64,000 nucleotides of DNA, from contig JAVCCW010000029.1 in the NCBI GenBank assembly GCA_030765235.1, positions 76,939 through 140,938 on the forward strand, in the 5' to 3' direction. Both the position numbers and the translations under genes were made by a program. The notes beneath the pieces are model-generated. The model saw nothing but the letters and a program-made list of their open reading frames with translations. It was not told the origin of the DNA and ran no database searches. The stretch comes from Candidatus Gorgyraea atricola. GTDB lineage: Bacteria > Omnitrophota > Gorgyraeia > Gorgyraeales > Gorgyraeaceae. This document shows, piece by piece, positions 49,420 through 60,042 of the stretch (its first letter is position 1; each line of letters opens with the position of its first letter).

Positions 49420-50382
49420 ATGCGTATGCGTAAGATTGGTATCTTCGTATCTCTGGTTTTAGTGTTGGCACTTGGTTTTGCTATATCTAGTAGTGCTGCT
49501 TCGAAATATGCAGCAAAGGTAAATGGCGTAAAGGTCAAGTCTATGACGCTTGAGGCCGCGGTCGATAATTTTATTGCAAATCAAAAGATGATGGGCATGC
49601 AGACCAATGAAGGGGATAGGGATAAGCTGCGCGCACAGATACTAGAGGAATTGATCTCTGCGGAGCTCTTGTATCAGGAGAGCAAAAAGGCTGGCCTGGA
49701 TAATTTAAATGATAAGGTAAAGGAACAGTTTGAAAATATTAAAAAGGGATTTGCCTCAAAGGATGAATTTAAGAAGGTTTTAAAAGAAAGAGGCGTGAGC
49801 GAAAAAGAGCTTAAGAACGACATAAAAAAGGGTCTTTACATAAAGGCATTTCTGGATAGGGACATCTATGCTGGTGTTACTGTAAGTGAGCAGGAGAAAC
49901 AAGCAGAGTATGAGAAAAATAAAGATAAGCTTAGCGTCCCTGAGCAGGTAAAGGCAAGCCACATATTGATTATGGCTAAGCCGGATGCAAGTGATGAGGA
50001 TAAAAATGCGGCAAAGGCAAAGATAGAGGATCTAAGAAGAAAGGCTTTATCAGGCGAGGATTTTGCAGAACTGGCAAAGGCGAATTCGCAGGATGGATCA
50101 GCTTCGAATGGTGGAGACCTGGGTTATTTTGGAAGAGGCGCAATGGTAAAACCGTTTGAGGATGCCGCGTTTAGTCTGGAAGCAGGACAGATAAGCCAGA
50201 TAGTTGAGACACAGTTTGGCTATCACATTCTAAAGGTTACGGACAAGCAGGAGCCCAGGACCTTGAGATATGAAGAGGTCGCGCCTGATATCGAGAGATT
50301 TTTATTAAATCAGCGCAGAGGAGAAGTACTGCAAAAATTTGTCACTGGATTAAGGAGTAAGGCGAAGATAGAGGTTTATTAG
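49420..50382 (+). CDS. Parvulin-type peptidyl-prolyl cis-trans isomerase (SurA/PrsA-like, secreted)
   Basis: Signal peptide plus a PpiC domain (SHILI...GGDLGYFGRGAMVKPFEDAAF...GYHILKV). Confidence 0.75.
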   Translation: MRMRKIGIFVSLVLVLALGFAISSSAASKYAAKVNGVKVKSMTLEAAVDNFIANQKMMGMQTNEGDRDKLRAQILEELISAELLYQESKKAGLDNLNDKVKEQFENIKKGFASKDEFKKVLKERGVSEKELKNDIKKGLYIKAFLDRDIYAGVTVSEQEKQAEYEKNKDKLSVPEQVKASHILIMAKPDASDEDKNAAKAKIEDLRRKALSGEDFAELAKANSQDGSASNGGDLGYFGRGAMVKPFEDAAFSLEAGQISQIVETQFGYHILKVTDKQEPRTLRYEEVAPDIERFLLNQRRGEVLQKFVTGLRSKAKIEVY

Positions 50383-50420
50383 TATAAAGGTATAAAAGTT
50401 TAAAGGTTAGGAGTTGGGTT

Positions 50421-52073
50421 ATGAAAAGCGACACGATAAAAAAAGGAATCTCAAGAGTTGGGAATAGAGCTTTATTGTATGCAACGGGCTGTTCTAAAAA
50501 AGATATGCAAAAGCCTTTTATAGGCATTGCGTCGAGCTTTACTGATCTTGTGCCTGGACACATACACATGAGAGGCCTTGAGCGCGCGATTGAAAATGGC
50601 GTTTATGCAGGTGGAGGGAAACCGTTCGTCTTTGGCGTGCCTGCTATCTGCGACGGCATTGCAATGGGCCACTTTGGCATGCGGTATTCGCTGGCATCAA
50701 GGGAGCTCATAGCAGATTCTATTGAGACAATGGCAGGGGCGTACGCTCTTGACGGACTAGTGCTTCTTACGAATTGCGATAAGATCACGCCTGGTATGCT
50801 CATGGCATGCGCGAGGGTTAATGTGCCTACCATTATCGTGACAGCAGGCCCTATGCTTACCGGGCATTACCAGGGCAAGAGATTAGATCTTGTGCACGAC
50901 GCATTTGAGGCAGTTGGCAGATACAAAAAGGGTGAGATCTCAAAGCATGACTTGAATGAACTGGAGACCAATGCGTGTCCTGGCCCAGGTTCATGCCAGG
51001 GACTTTTTACTGCCAATACAATGAGCTGTCTCACAGAGACAATGGGAATGTCGCTGCCTGGCTGCGCAACCTCTTTAGCTGTTTCAAGCAAAAAGGCAAG
51101 GATTGCATTCGAGAGCGGCGAACGCATAATTGAGTTAGTCAAAAAGAATGTGAAGCCGCGCCAGATTATTAATAGGAAATCCATCTTTAACGCGGTTATG
51201 GTGGATATGGCGTTGGGCGGATCTACAAATACGGTTTTGCATCTTGCGGCGATTGCAAAAGAGGCAGGAATCGATCTGCCGCTGGCTACTTTTGATAAGA
51301 TAAGCTGCAAGACTTCAAAGATATGTGATCTCAGGCCAAGCGGGGAATATTTCTTAGAGGATCTTGAGATCGCAGGCGGCATTCCAGCTGTTTTAAATAG
51401 ACTTCAGCTAAAGTTGAGCGACAATCCAACTGTTTGCGGAGCCTCGATTAAGAAAATTGCAAAAGCCGGCAAGATTTATGACGAGGATGTCATAAGGCCG
51501 CTGGATGATCCTTATAAAAAGGAAGGCGGCATTGCGATATTAAAGGGAAACATCGCGCCAGATGGTAGTGTTGTAAAACAGGGCGCTGTGGATGAAGAGG
51601 CAATGCTGTTTAAAGGCAAGGCAAAGGTCTTTGATTCTGAAGAAGCTGCAATGAGCGCTATCCTGAACAGCAAAGTGAAAAAGGGCGATGTTATTGTCAT
51701 ACGATACGAGGGTCCGAGCGGTGGCCCTGGCATGAGAGAGATGCTTTCTCCTACATCAACTATTGTGGGCATGGGTCTGTCCAATGACGTTGCGCTTATT
51801 ACAGATGGCAGGTTTTCAGGCGGTACTCGCGGGCCGTGCATAGGACATATTGCGCCTGAGGCTTATAAAGGCGGGCCGATTGCTATATTAAGGAATGGCG
51901 ACAGGATCAGGATTGACATAAAAAAGAGACGCTTGGACGTAGATCTGTCCAAGGCTGAGATAAAGCGACGCTTAAAGAGATGGCGCCAGCCCAGGCCAAA
52001 GGTCCAACATGGCTGGCTTTCCAGATACGCGAAGTTGGTAAGTTCCGCCTCCAAAGGCGCAATCCTAACCTAA
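50421..52073 (+). CDS. ilvD: Dihydroxy-acid dehydratase
   Basis: IlvD/EDD family. Cys ligands CDKITPG, CPGPGSC. 550 aa. Confidence 0.9.
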   Translation: MKSDTIKKGISRVGNRALLYATGCSKKDMQKPFIGIASSFTDLVPGHIHMRGLERAIENGVYAGGGKPFVFGVPAICDGIAMGHFGMRYSLASRELIADSIETMAGAYALDGLVLLTNCDKITPGMLMACARVNVPTIIVTAGPMLTGHYQGKRLDLVHDAFEAVGRYKKGEISKHDLNELETNACPGPGSCQGLFTANTMSCLTETMGMSLPGCATSLAVSSKKARIAFESGERIIELVKKNVKPRQIINRKSIFNAVMVDMALGGSTNTVLHLAAIAKEAGIDLPLATFDKISCKTSKICDLRPSGEYFLEDLEIAGGIPAVLNRLQLKLSDNPTVCGASIKKIAKAGKIYDEDVIRPLDDPYKKEGGIAILKGNIAPDGSVVKQGAVDEEAMLFKGKAKVFDSEEAAMSAILNSKVKKGDVIVIRYEGPSGGPGMREMLSPTSTIVGMGLSNDVALITDGRFSGGTRGPCIGHIAPEAYKGGPIAILRNGDRIRIDIKKRRLDVDLSKAEIKRRLKRWRQPRPKVQHGWLSRYAKLVSSASKGAILT

Positions 52074-52110
52074 AGTAGACAAAACAGACAGTGTCTGTTT
52101 TGTCTACTTT
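52072..52110. terminator. Perfect 18-bp-stem hairpin between ilvD and ilvB (terminator or attenuator-like)
   Basis: AAAGTAGACAAAACAGACA-GTG-TCTGTTTTGTCTACTTT. Confidence 0.6.
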
Positions 52111-52134
52111 AGCTATTTTAGCAAGGGATATACT

Positions 52135-53805
52135 ATGAAAATGACAGGCGCAAGGATATTTATTGAATCGCTTAAGAAGCAGGGTGTCGAGGTTATGTTC
52201 GGCTATCCTGGCGGGGTAGTGCTGCCTATTTTTGACGCACTCTATGACAGCGATATCAAATTTATATTAACAAGACACGAGCAGGGCGCAGCGCATGCAG
52301 CAGATGGCTATGCACGCGCTACTGGAAAAGTCGGAGTCTGTCTCGCCACCTCTGGTCCTGGCGCGACAAATCTTGTCACAGGCCTTGCAACAGCTAACAT
52401 GGATTCTGTGCCAGTAGTAGCCTTTACAGGCCAGGTCAAGACCTCTCTCATAGGAAACGACGCGTTTCAGGAAGTAGATGTCAGCGGCATAACGCGACCT
52501 ATCTCAAAACACAACTACCTTGTAAAGGATGTCAAGAATCTGACGACTGTCATAAAGAACGCGTTTCACATAGCATCAACTGGCAGGCCAGGCGTAGTGG
52601 TCGTGGATCTACCAGTCGACGTTCAAATACAGGAGACAGATTTTCAATATCCTGAGAAGGCAGAGATAAGAGGCTATAAGCCGACGTGCAAAGGCCATAT
52701 CGGGCAGATAAAAAAGGCCTGTAAGCTGATCGCGAATAGCAAAAAACCTCTCCTATATGTTGGCGGCGGGGTGATCATCTCAGGCGCAGCAGATAATCTG
52801 GCAGAGTTTGTCAAAAAAACAAGCATACCTGTTACAATGACACTCATGGGTCTGGGCGCGTTTCCCGGCACTCACAAACTTTCTCTTGGCATGCTCGGTA
52901 TGCACGGCACTGCGTACGCGAATCACGCTGTACAGGACTCTGACCTTTTAATAGCAGTGGGCGCCCGGTTCGACGACAGGGTCACTGGCAAGATCGATGA
53001 ATTCGCGCCGCACGCAAAAATAATACACATCGACATAGACCCGTGCGCAATAAGTAAGAATGTAAAGGTGGACATACCTATTGTGGGTGACGCGAATAGT
53101 GTGCTGGCAGATTTCAATAAATATATAAAGGAACCAGATATCTCCAAATGGCACAAACAGATCGAGTCATGGAAGGAAAAATTTCCGCTAAGCTATAAGA
53201 ATGATTCAAAGCTCAGGCCGCAATATGTCGTGGAAGAGATCTATAATATTACAAAAGGCAAGGCTATTATTGCTACTGAAGTCGGGCAGAATCAGATGTG
53301 GGCCGCGCAATTTTATAAATATGAGAGACCCAGGCAGTTTATTTCAAGTGGTGGCCTTGGCACAATGGGCTATGGCTTCCCAGCCGCAATAGGCGCGCAG
53401 ATGGGCTGTCCCAAGAAGACGGTCTTTGACATCGCTGGCGACGGCAGTATCCAGATGAATATACAGGAGCTTACAACAGCAGTAGCGAATAAGCTGCCTG
53501 TTAAGATCGCTATATTGAATAATGGTTGTCTGGGTATGGTCAGACAGTGGCAGGAACTTTTTTACAAGAGAAGATATTCACATACTATATTGGAATCATG
53601 CCCTGATTTTGTGAAACTCGCGGAGGCGTATGGCGCAGCTGGCATGAGGATCACCAAAAAGTCAGAGGTCAAAAAGGCAATAAAAAAGGCATTGGACATA
53701 AAGGGCCCTGTTCTCATGGATTTTCGTGTTGAGCCAGAGGAGAATGTATTTCCAATGGTCCCAGCAGGACAACCTATTAACAAGATGATAGGAGCGCTCG
53801 CGTAA
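52135..53805 (+). CDS. ilvB: Acetolactate synthase large subunit
   Basis: ThDP-binding motif [15 protein letters not shown]-binding region. 556 aa. Confidence 0.9.
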   Translation: MKMTGARIFIESLKKQGVEVMFGYPGGVVLPIFDALYDSDIKFILTRHEQGAAHAADGYARATGKVGVCLATSGPGATNLVTGLATANMDSVPVVAFTGQVKTSLIGNDAFQEVDVSGITRPISKHNYLVKDVKNLTTVIKNAFHIASTGRPGVVVVDLPVDVQIQETDFQYPEKAEIRGYKPTCKGHIGQIKKACKLIANSKKPLLYVGGGVIISGAADNLAEFVKKTSIPVTMTLMGLGAFPGTHKLSLGMLGMHGTAYANHAVQDSDLLIAVGARFDDRVTGKIDEFAPHAKIIHIDIDPCAISKNVKVDIPIVGDANSVLADFNKYIKEPDISKWHKQIESWKEKFPLSYKNDSKLRPQYVVEEIYNITKGKAIIATEVGQNQMWAAQFYKYERPRQFISSGGLGTMGYGFPAAIGAQMGCPKKTVFDIAGDGSIQMNIQELTTAVANKLPVKIAILNNGCLGMVRQWQELFYKRRYSHTILESCPDFVKLAEAYGAAGMRITKKSEVKKAIKKALDIKGPVLMDFRVEPEENVFPMVPAGQPINKMIGALA

Positions 53806-53806
53806 T

Positions 53807-54280
53807 ATGAAAAAAACCATTTCTGTTTTAGTTGAAAATCACTTTGGTGTTTTAACACATGTATCTGGACTTTTTAGCGCGCGTGGATTTAATATCAATA
53901 GCCTTGCTGTGGGAGAGACAGAGGACCCGTCTATCTCGAGGATGACCATTGTTGTGGACGGGGATGAAAAGACACTGGAGCAGGTCAAGAAGCAGCTCAA
54001 TAGGCTCATAGATACTATAAAGATAATCGATCTTACAGAAGAGGATTTTATAGACAGGGAACTACTGCTTGTGAAGGTCAAGATGGATTCCAAGAATCGC
54101 TCTGAGATCTTGCAGATAGCAAACACATTTCAGGCAAAGATAGATGACGCAAAGAAAGACACGGCTGTTATAGAGGTAACAGGTGATGAGAATAAGATAA
54201 AGTCTTTCATAGAAATGATCAGGCCGTTCGGCATCGTTGAAGTAGTGCGCACCGGCCGTATCGCAATGGGGAGGAAATAA
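53807..54280 (+). CDS. ilvN: Acetolactate synthase small (regulatory) subunit
   Basis: ACT domain start ISVLVENHFGVL. 157 aa. Immediately after ilvB. Confidence 0.85.
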   Translation: MKKTISVLVENHFGVLTHVSGLFSARGFNINSLAVGETEDPSISRMTIVVDGDEKTLEQVKKQLNRLIDTIKIIDLTEEDFIDRELLLVKVKMDSKNRSEILQIANTFQAKIDDAKKDTAVIEVTGDENKIKSFIEMIRPFGIVEVVRTGRIAMGRK

Positions 54281-54283
54281 TCA

Positions 54284-55273
54284 ATGGCAAAGATTTATTA
54301 TGACAAGGATGCTGACTTAAATGTTTTAAAGGGAAAGAAGATCGCGATCATTGGCTATGGCATTCAGGGTCGTGGTCAGGCATTGAATCTGCGTGACAGC
54401 GGGCTTGATGTGATCGTAAGCGAATTAGAAGGAACAGAAAACTACAAGACCGCGCAGGCTGATGGTTTTACGCCAGTTGCCGCGATCGAGGCAGCCAAAG
54501 AGGGCGACATCATACAGATACTTACTCAGGACCATGTGCAGGCAAAGGTCTACAAAGAGTCTATAAGACCAAATCTTAAAAAGGGAAAGGCCATGGTTTT
54601 TTCTCATGGCTTTAACATACATTTTAAGCAGATCAAGCCGCCAAAAAAGGTAGACGTATTTATGGTGGCGCCCAAAGGTCCTGGCGCGCTCGTAAGGCAG
54701 ATGTATGAAGAGGGAAAAGGTGTTCCGTGTCTAGTGGCTGTATTCCAGGATGCAAGCGGTGACGCGCTTAAACAGGGTCTTGCATATGCAAAAGGCATAG
54801 GCGGCACAAGGGCAGGCGTTATCGAGACTACATTTGAGGAAGAGACAGAGACAGATCTTTTTGGCGAGCAGGTTGTGCTGTGCGGCGGTACCACTGAGCT
54901 TATCAAGGCAGGCTTTGATACATTGATAGAAGCTGGTTACCAGCCAGAGATAGCATATTTTGAATGCCTGCATGAATTGAAATTGATCACAGACCTAATT
55001 TACGCGACAGGCATTCAGGGCATGCGCAAACGAGTTTCAGATACAGCAGAATACGGGGATGTTACGCGAGGCAAGCGCATTATAACTGAGAGAACGCGCA
55101 AGGAAATGAAAAAGATCCTGAAACAGGTGCAGTCGGGCAGATTTGCCAGAGAGTGGATCAAGGAAAATGAAAACGGCAGGCCTGAATTCACTAAATTAAG
55201 AAAAGCAGACGACACCCATCCTGTTGAGGTAATTGGCAAGAAACTCCGCGGGATGATGGACTGGATTAAATAG
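54284..55273 (+). CDS. ilvC: Ketol-acid reductoisomerase
   Basis: NADP Rossmann motif [21 protein letters not shown]. 329-aa class I KARI. Confidence 0.9.
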   Translation: MAKIYYDKDADLNVLKGKKIAIIGYGIQGRGQALNLRDSGLDVIVSELEGTENYKTAQADGFTPVAAIEAAKEGDIIQILTQDHVQAKVYKESIRPNLKKGKAMVFSHGFNIHFKQIKPPKKVDVFMVAPKGPGALVRQMYEEGKGVPCLVAVFQDASGDALKQGLAYAKGIGGTRAGVIETTFEEETETDLFGEQVVLCGGTTELIKAGFDTLIEAGYQPEIAYFECLHELKLITDLIYATGIQGMRKRVSDTAEYGDVTRGKRIITERTRKEMKKILKQVQSGRFAREWIKENENGRPEFTKLRKADDTHPVEVIGKKLRGMMDWIK

Positions 55274-55305
55274 GGACAAGTGACAAGAGACAAGGGACAA
55301 GGGTA
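55273..55305. repeat. Tandem 8-mer array (GACAAGNG-like, x4), filling the whole ilvC-leuA spacer
   Basis: GGACAAGTGACAAGAGACAAGGGACAAGGGTAG. Confidence 0.8.
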
Positions 55306-55306
55306 G

Positions 55307-56839
55307 ATGAAGAAAATCATTATTTTTGACACGACTTTAAGGGATGGCGAGCAGTCGCCTGGCGCTAGTTTGGACATAAAGGCAAAGATAGAGATCGCCA
55401 AACAGCTTGCGCGTCTTGGCGTTGACGTGATCGAGGCAGGATTTCCTGTTGCTTCAACTGGTGATTTCCAGGCAGTGAGCGAAGTCGCCTCTCTAGTCAA
55501 AGGCCCGTCCATATGCGGCCTTGCCAGAGCAAAAAAAGAGGACATAGACCGCTGCAGAGACGCGCTTAAGAACGCAGGCCGTTCGCGAATCCACGTATTT
55601 TTGGCCACTTCAAAGATCCACATGCAGTATAAATTAAAAAAGGCAGAGTCAGAGATATTGAAACAGGCAGGAGAATTCGTAAAATATGCCCGCAAATTTT
55701 CTGATGATATTGAATTTTCTCCAGAGGATGCCTCGCGCTCAGAAGTGGATTTTCTGTGCCGCGTCGTCGAGACAGTGATAAAAGCCGGCGCAAAGACAGT
55801 GAACATACCTGATACTGTCGGGTATGCAATACCAGCCGAATTCGGTAATCTCATAAAGACCATAAAAACAAAGGTCCCGAATTCAAACAAGGCGATAATA
55901 AGTGTACATTGTCATAATGATCTTGGGCTTGGTGTCAGTAATTCTCTCGTGGCGATTCAAAATGGAGCAGAGCAGATCGAATGCACGATAAACGGGCTTG
56001 GCGAACGCGCAGGCAATGCGTCACTAGAAGAAATAGTGATGACGCTTAAGACCAGGCAGGATATTTTTAAATGTACTACATCTATAAATACAGTCGAGCT
56101 TTACAATGCTAGCCGTCTTGTAAGCAAGCTCACAGGCATTGTTGTTCAGCCAAACAAGGCAATAGTTGGCCGCAATGCATTCAGTCACGAGGCAGGCATT
56201 CACCAGGACGGGATCCTGAAAAAGCGTACCACCTACGAGATCATGAAACCTGAGGACGTGGGTTTTGGTGCTACGCGGCTTGTATTGGGAAAACATTCTG
56301 GAAAGCATGCGTTCAGTGAGAGATTGAAAAAAATAGGAGTTGAATTAGAAAAAGAGGATCTGGTAAAGGCGTTCCAGCGTTTTAAGGATCTTGCAGATAA
56401 GAAAAAAGAGGTGTTTGACGAGGATCTCCTGGCAATAGTAGAGGACGAGATCATCTCTATACCTGAGACCTATAAGATAACAGGATTTGAATATAAAAGC
56501 GGTAAGACCATTGAACCGCATGCTACAGTAGAGATCGTAAAATCCGGCGTTACAAAGAAACAATCTTCTTCAGGAGACGGGCCTGTGGACGCGTGCTACA
56601 AGGCCATTGAAAAGATAACAGGCGTAAAACTAGAATTGCTGGATTATTCCTTAAAGGCTGCGACAGGCGGCAAGGACGCGCTGGGAGAAGTTTCTGTAAG
56701 AGCAAGATCATCAAAAGGCATCGAGGTATCTGGCCGGGGCGCATCTACTGACATAGTAGAGGCAAGCGCCAAGGCCTACGTAAACGCGGTAAACAAAGTA
56801 CTCTTTACCAAGACACGCAAAGCCACAGCTGAACTGTGA
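55307..56839 (+). CDS. leuA: 2-isopropylmalate synthase
   Basis: IFDTTLRDGEQSPG, HCHNDLGL. C-terminal LeuA dimerisation/regulatory domain. 510 aa. Confidence 0.85.
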   Translation: MKKIIIFDTTLRDGEQSPGASLDIKAKIEIAKQLARLGVDVIEAGFPVASTGDFQAVSEVASLVKGPSICGLARAKKEDIDRCRDALKNAGRSRIHVFLATSKIHMQYKLKKAESEILKQAGEFVKYARKFSDDIEFSPEDASRSEVDFLCRVVETVIKAGAKTVNIPDTVGYAIPAEFGNLIKTIKTKVPNSNKAIISVHCHNDLGLGVSNSLVAIQNGAEQIECTINGLGERAGNASLEEIVMTLKTRQDIFKCTTSINTVELYNASRLVSKLTGIVVQPNKAIVGRNAFSHEAGIHQDGILKKRTTYEIMKPEDVGFGATRLVLGKHSGKHAFSERLKKIGVELEKEDLVKAFQRFKDLADKKKEVFDEDLLAIVEDEIISIPETYKITGFEYKSGKTIEPHATVEIVKSGVTKKQSSSGDGPVDACYKAIEKITGVKLELLDYSLKAATGGKDALGEVSVRARSSKGIEVSGRGASTDIVEASAKAYVNAVNKVLFTKTRKATAEL

Positions 56840-56889
56840 AATCGCGGAACCTACGCAGAAGCTCAACTTTACACTTGAGCAAGGCTAAA

Positions 56890-56921
56890 GAAGTAGCCCA
56901 GGTTTAAACCTGGGCTACTTC
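56890..56921. repeat. 26-bp palindromic repeat, variant copy 7 (GTAGCCCAGGTTTAAACCTGGGCTAC) with GAAG/CTTC arm extension. leuA-aroE spacer.
   Basis: Core at 56893..56918. Compensatory G/C swap on both arms. Confidence 0.85.
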
Positions 56922-56930
56922 TTATACGAG

Positions 56931-57833
56931 ATGGACACATACGGCATAATAGGTTATCCAGTAAAACATAGTTTATCTCCAGCAATGCACAATGCTGCGT
57001 TCAAAAAACTCGGCATCGACGCAGAATACCGCAAATTCGAAGTAAAACCCACCGAGCTGGAAGGTTTCTTGCTTGGAAATATTTCAGTTAAAGATACAGA
57101 TGGAAATCCTATACATGCTGGACAAGTAAAGGGGTTTAACATAACTATTCCGCATAAGGTAAAAGCGAAAGAAATATTAGAGAAGAAATTTCCTAACGCT
57201 TCATCTGATTCTGATATTGCTTTATCAGGAGCAGTTAATACAGTTAAAAGAGTTGGAGATAAACTTGAATACAGAAATACAGATGTTTCAGGTTTTGGCG
57301 AATCTCTTGATAAAGATTTAAAATTTGGAGCATCAGAGCGTAAAGGAAGTAGCGTATTCATATTAGGATGCGGAGGAGTTGCTAGAGCAATTATAGCGGA
57401 TTTAGAGAATTCTCATGTTCGTAAGATATATGTTTATGATATAGATAAGAATGCCGTAGATTCGGCAGAGAATCATTTTTCAGGTCTTTCAGGTAAGCTT
57501 GAATTTGTTCGTCAGCAAAAGGAAATAAATAACAAGATAAAAGATTGTAAATTATTAGTCAATGCTACACCTATAGGCATGGAACAAGACGATGAGTCTC
57601 CTATAGACAAGAAATTGCTTCATAAAGATTTATATGTTTATGACGTTGTTTACAATAGACAGACTCAGCTTGTAAAGGACGCATTTGCATCAGGGGCTAA
57701 GGCTGTAACAGGAGAAGGCATGCTTGCTTGGCAAGGAGTATTAGCTTTTTTCTGCTGGATAGATAGATGTAAGCCTGTTGATGATGTTATAGGGGTAATG
57801 AGGCAGGCATTGGATAATGCCTTAGAAAGGTAA
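56931..57833 (+). CDS. aroE: Shikimate dehydrogenase (compositionally mosaic; the middle and C-terminal part is AT-rich)
   Basis: N-terminal GIIGYPVKHSLSPAMHNAAF, NTD motif, Rossmann motif LGCGGVARA. Confidence 0.75.
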   Translation: MDTYGIIGYPVKHSLSPAMHNAAFKKLGIDAEYRKFEVKPTELEGFLLGNISVKDTDGNPIHAGQVKGFNITIPHKVKAKEILEKKFPNASSDSDIALSGAVNTVKRVGDKLEYRNTDVSGFGESLDKDLKFGASERKGSSVFILGCGGVARAIIADLENSHVRKIYVYDIDKNAVDSAENHFSGLSGKLEFVRQQKEINNKIKDCKLLVNATPIGMEQDDESPIDKKLLHKDLYVYDVVYNRQTQLVKDAFASGAKAVTGEGMLAWQGVLAFFCWIDRCKPVDDVIGVMRQALDNALER

Positions 57834-57838
57834 GCTTT

Positions 57839-58016
57839 GCACTCCCCAGACCAGTAGGGCGAGAGGCATCGTTGGGCCGAGCGGGCACGGTGCCTAACCT
57901 GACACTTTAAGTATGACTTAAAGTGTCAGGTTAGGCGAGCGAGGAACAACAATGAGAAAAAATTTCCTCGCTGGGGAAATTTTTGCGCCCTCTCGACCTA
58001 CTGGTCTGGGGAGTGC
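57839..58016. repeat. Composite nested inverted-repeat element between aroE and pilD. 28-bp terminal inverted repeats (1 mismatch) enclose an inner 20-bp-stem hairpin.
   Basis: Terminal repeat GCACTCCCCAGACCAGTAGGGCGAGAGG at 57839..57866 pairs with CCCTCTCGACCTACTGGTCTGGGGAGTGC at 57988..58016. Inner hairpin CCTAACCTGACACTTTAAGT...ACTTAAAGTGTCAGGTTAGG at 57893..57935. Confidence 0.8.
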
Positions 58017-58027
58017 AGACATTTGAT

Positions 58028-58798
58028 ATGATACATTTAGTCGTTTTTATCTTTGGTTCAATGATCGGGAGTTTTTTGAATGTGTGCATATACAGGATAC
58101 CTAGGGAGGAGTCTATTGTTTCTCCTGGTTCAAGGTGTACCTCCTGCGAAAAGCCAATACTGTGGTATGATAATATCCCTTTATTAAGCTATGTTATTTT
58201 AATTGGCAAGTGCAGGCATTGCAAAAAAAGAATATCCTTTCGCTATTTCGCAGTTGAACTCATAAGCGCACTCGCGTTCTTAACACTGTTTTATTATTTT
58301 GGATTAACCGCGAAGTTCTGGATCTATAGCCTGGTGACATTCGCTCTTATCGTAACGACATTTGTCGACCTGGAATTCCAGATCATACCTGACAGGATCA
58401 GTCTTGGCGGCCTGGTCTTAGGAATCATTTTAAGTATCTTAATACCGCAGCTTCATAATAGTCTTACATGGGAAACAGGATTTATGAAATCTCTATTGGG
58501 TATGTTTGCGGGCGGCGGACTCATATATCTTACAGGTTATGTCGGCCAGATCATATTCAAGAAAGAGAGCATGGGCGGAGGAGATGTAAAACTTATGGCT
58601 ATGCTGGGCGCTTTTCTGGGTTGGAAAATGGCAATACTCATATTTTTTCTCGCGCCATTTTTCGGCACACCCGCGGGCCTGTATTTGAAATTTAAGAAAA
58701 AACAGGATATAATTCCCTATGGGCCCTATATAGCGTTGGCCAGCTTTGTCGCAATGATCTGGGGCCGCAAAATATTGAATATGTTATTTTTTTATTAA
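58028..58798 (+). CDS. pilD: Type IV prepilin leader peptidase (A24 family). No N-terminal zinc-finger or methyltransferase extension.
   Basis: MIHLVVFIFGSMIGSFLNVCIYRIP, tetracysteine CTSCEK...CRHCKK, a catalytic Asp-containing segment. The track start at 57983 lies inside an inverted repeat, so ATG at 58028 is preferred. Confidence 0.75.
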   Translation: MIHLVVFIFGSMIGSFLNVCIYRIPREESIVSPGSRCTSCEKPILWYDNIPLLSYVILIGKCRHCKKRISFRYFAVELISALAFLTLFYYFGLTAKFWIYSLVTFALIVTTFVDLEFQIIPDRISLGGLVLGIILSILIPQLHNSLTWETGFMKSLLGMFAGGGLIYLTGYVGQIIFKKESMGGGDVKLMAMLGAFLGWKMAILIFFLAPFFGTPAGLYLKFKKKQDIIPYGPYIALASFVAMIWGRKILNMLFFY

Positions 58799-58805
58799 AT
58801 GAGGA

Positions 58806-58976
58806 CATGACTTACGAAAATCAAAGATTTTCGTAAGTCATGTGTCCGAATTTAACCCCACACCCAGTTACTTCGAAGTGTTGCTTTGGTGTATCTGGGT
58901 GTGGGGTCCAATTCGTACAATCAAAGTAGTTGTTCAAGGGAGATTGGTTTACGAAAATCAGAGATTTTCGTAAACC
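58806..58976. repeat. Composite element between pilD and aroC. Two related hairpins flank a GC-rich hairpin.
   Basis: Hairpin 1: (TGACTTACGAAAATCAAAGATTTTCGTAAGTCA). Hairpin 2: (GGTTTACGAAAATCAGAGATTTTCGTAAACC). Central GC-rich hairpin: CCCCACACCCAG...CTGGGTGTGGGG at 58856..58906. Confidence 0.8.
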
Positions 58977-58998
58977 AAGTACTCATTGGAGGTGCAAG

Positions 58999-60042
58999 AT
59001 GCTAAGATTTTTAACTGCTGGTGAATCACATGGTGAAGCGCTTGTTGGTATTTTAGAAGGCATGCCTAGTGGGCTAAAGGTAGACAAGGTCTTTATAGAT
59101 AACGAACTCAAACGTCGTCAACAGGGCCATGGACGTGGTAACAGGATGAAGATAGAGAATGACCACGCAAAGATCCTGTCCGGATTAAAAACTAGCCTCA
59201 CTATTGGCAGCCCCATAGCCATTCTCATAGAAAATAAGGATTGTTCAATAGATAAACTGCCTGATGTAAAAAATGTGCGGCCTGGCCATGCAGACCTTGT
59301 AGGGATTTTAAAATATGGTTTCAAAGACGCCCGTCCTGTGCTTGAACGCTCATCTGCCAGAGAAACAGCCATGCGTGTTGCAATAGGTGCAATCTGTAAA
59401 CTGCTTTTGCAGGGATTCAAGATACGCCTGTCAAGCCACGTCACAATGATAGGCGGCGCTGAGTCAAAAGATAAGATGAAAGAAAGAATAGATAGCGCAA
59501 CTGCTAAAAAGGATACGCTCGGCGGGCAATTCGAGGTTGTAATAAAAGACGTGCCAGTAGGCCTGGGCAGCTACGCGCATAGTGACAGGCGGTTAGATGC
59601 AAGGCTCGCCGCAGCCATCATGTCCATCCCAGCTATCAAGGCAGTTGAAATCGGCAGCGGCATTGAATCCGCGAAAAAACTCGGCTCAAACGTGCACGAC
59701 GAGATATTTTACTCCAAGGCAAAAGGCATTTACAGAAAGACAAACAATGCCGGAGGCATTGAAGGCGGCGTATCAAATGGCGAAGACATAATCGTGCGCG
59801 GCTACATGAAGCCCATAAGCACCTTGATGAAAGGGCTAAACACAATAGATATCTCTACAAAAGAAGCAGTAAAGGCAGCCACAGAGCGTTCTGATGTATG
59901 CGCTGTTCCCGCGGCAGGAGTAATAGGTGAATCAGTTGCTGCATTCGTAATAGCTAATGCCTTGCTTGAAAAATTCGGCGGGGATAGTGTTCTAGAAATA
60001 AAAAGGAATTACGAGGGATATTTATCCAGCCTAAAATCTTAA
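58999..60042 (+). CDS. aroC: Chorismate synthase
   Basis: MLRFLTAGESHGEALVGI... is a typical AroC N-terminus. RBS GGAGG at 58988. Confidence 0.9.
   Translation: MLRFLTAGESHGEALVGILEGMPSGLKVDKVFIDNELKRRQQGHGRGNRMKIENDHAKILSGLKTSLTIGSPIAILIENKDCSIDKLPDVKNVRPGHADLVGILKYGFKDARPVLERSSARETAMRVAIGAICKLLLQGFKIRLSSHVTMIGGAESKDKMKERIDSATAKKDTLGGQFEVVIKDVPVGLGSYAHSDRRLDARLAAAIMSIPAIKAVEIGSGIESAKKLGSNVHDEIFYSKAKGIYRKTNNAGGIEGGVSNGEDIIVRGYMKPISTLMKGLNTIDISTKEAVKAATERSDVCAVPAAGVIGESVAAFVIANALLEKFGGDSVLEIKRNYEGYLSSLKS

Noticed and set aside
49077-49538. 153-aa minus-strand ORF and 70-aa plus-strand ORF (49167..49379) over the GC-rich structured segment
   Set aside because: Both owe their length to the GC-rich palindromic structure. 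The minus ORF runs antisense into the PPIase start. Neither has an RBS or coding-like periodicity.
55015-55890. 291-aa minus-strand ORF opposite ilvC/leuA
   Set aside because: It lies entirely antisense to two well-supported biosynthetic genes. Long antisense ORFs of this kind are common at this GC content. It has no recognisable motifs.
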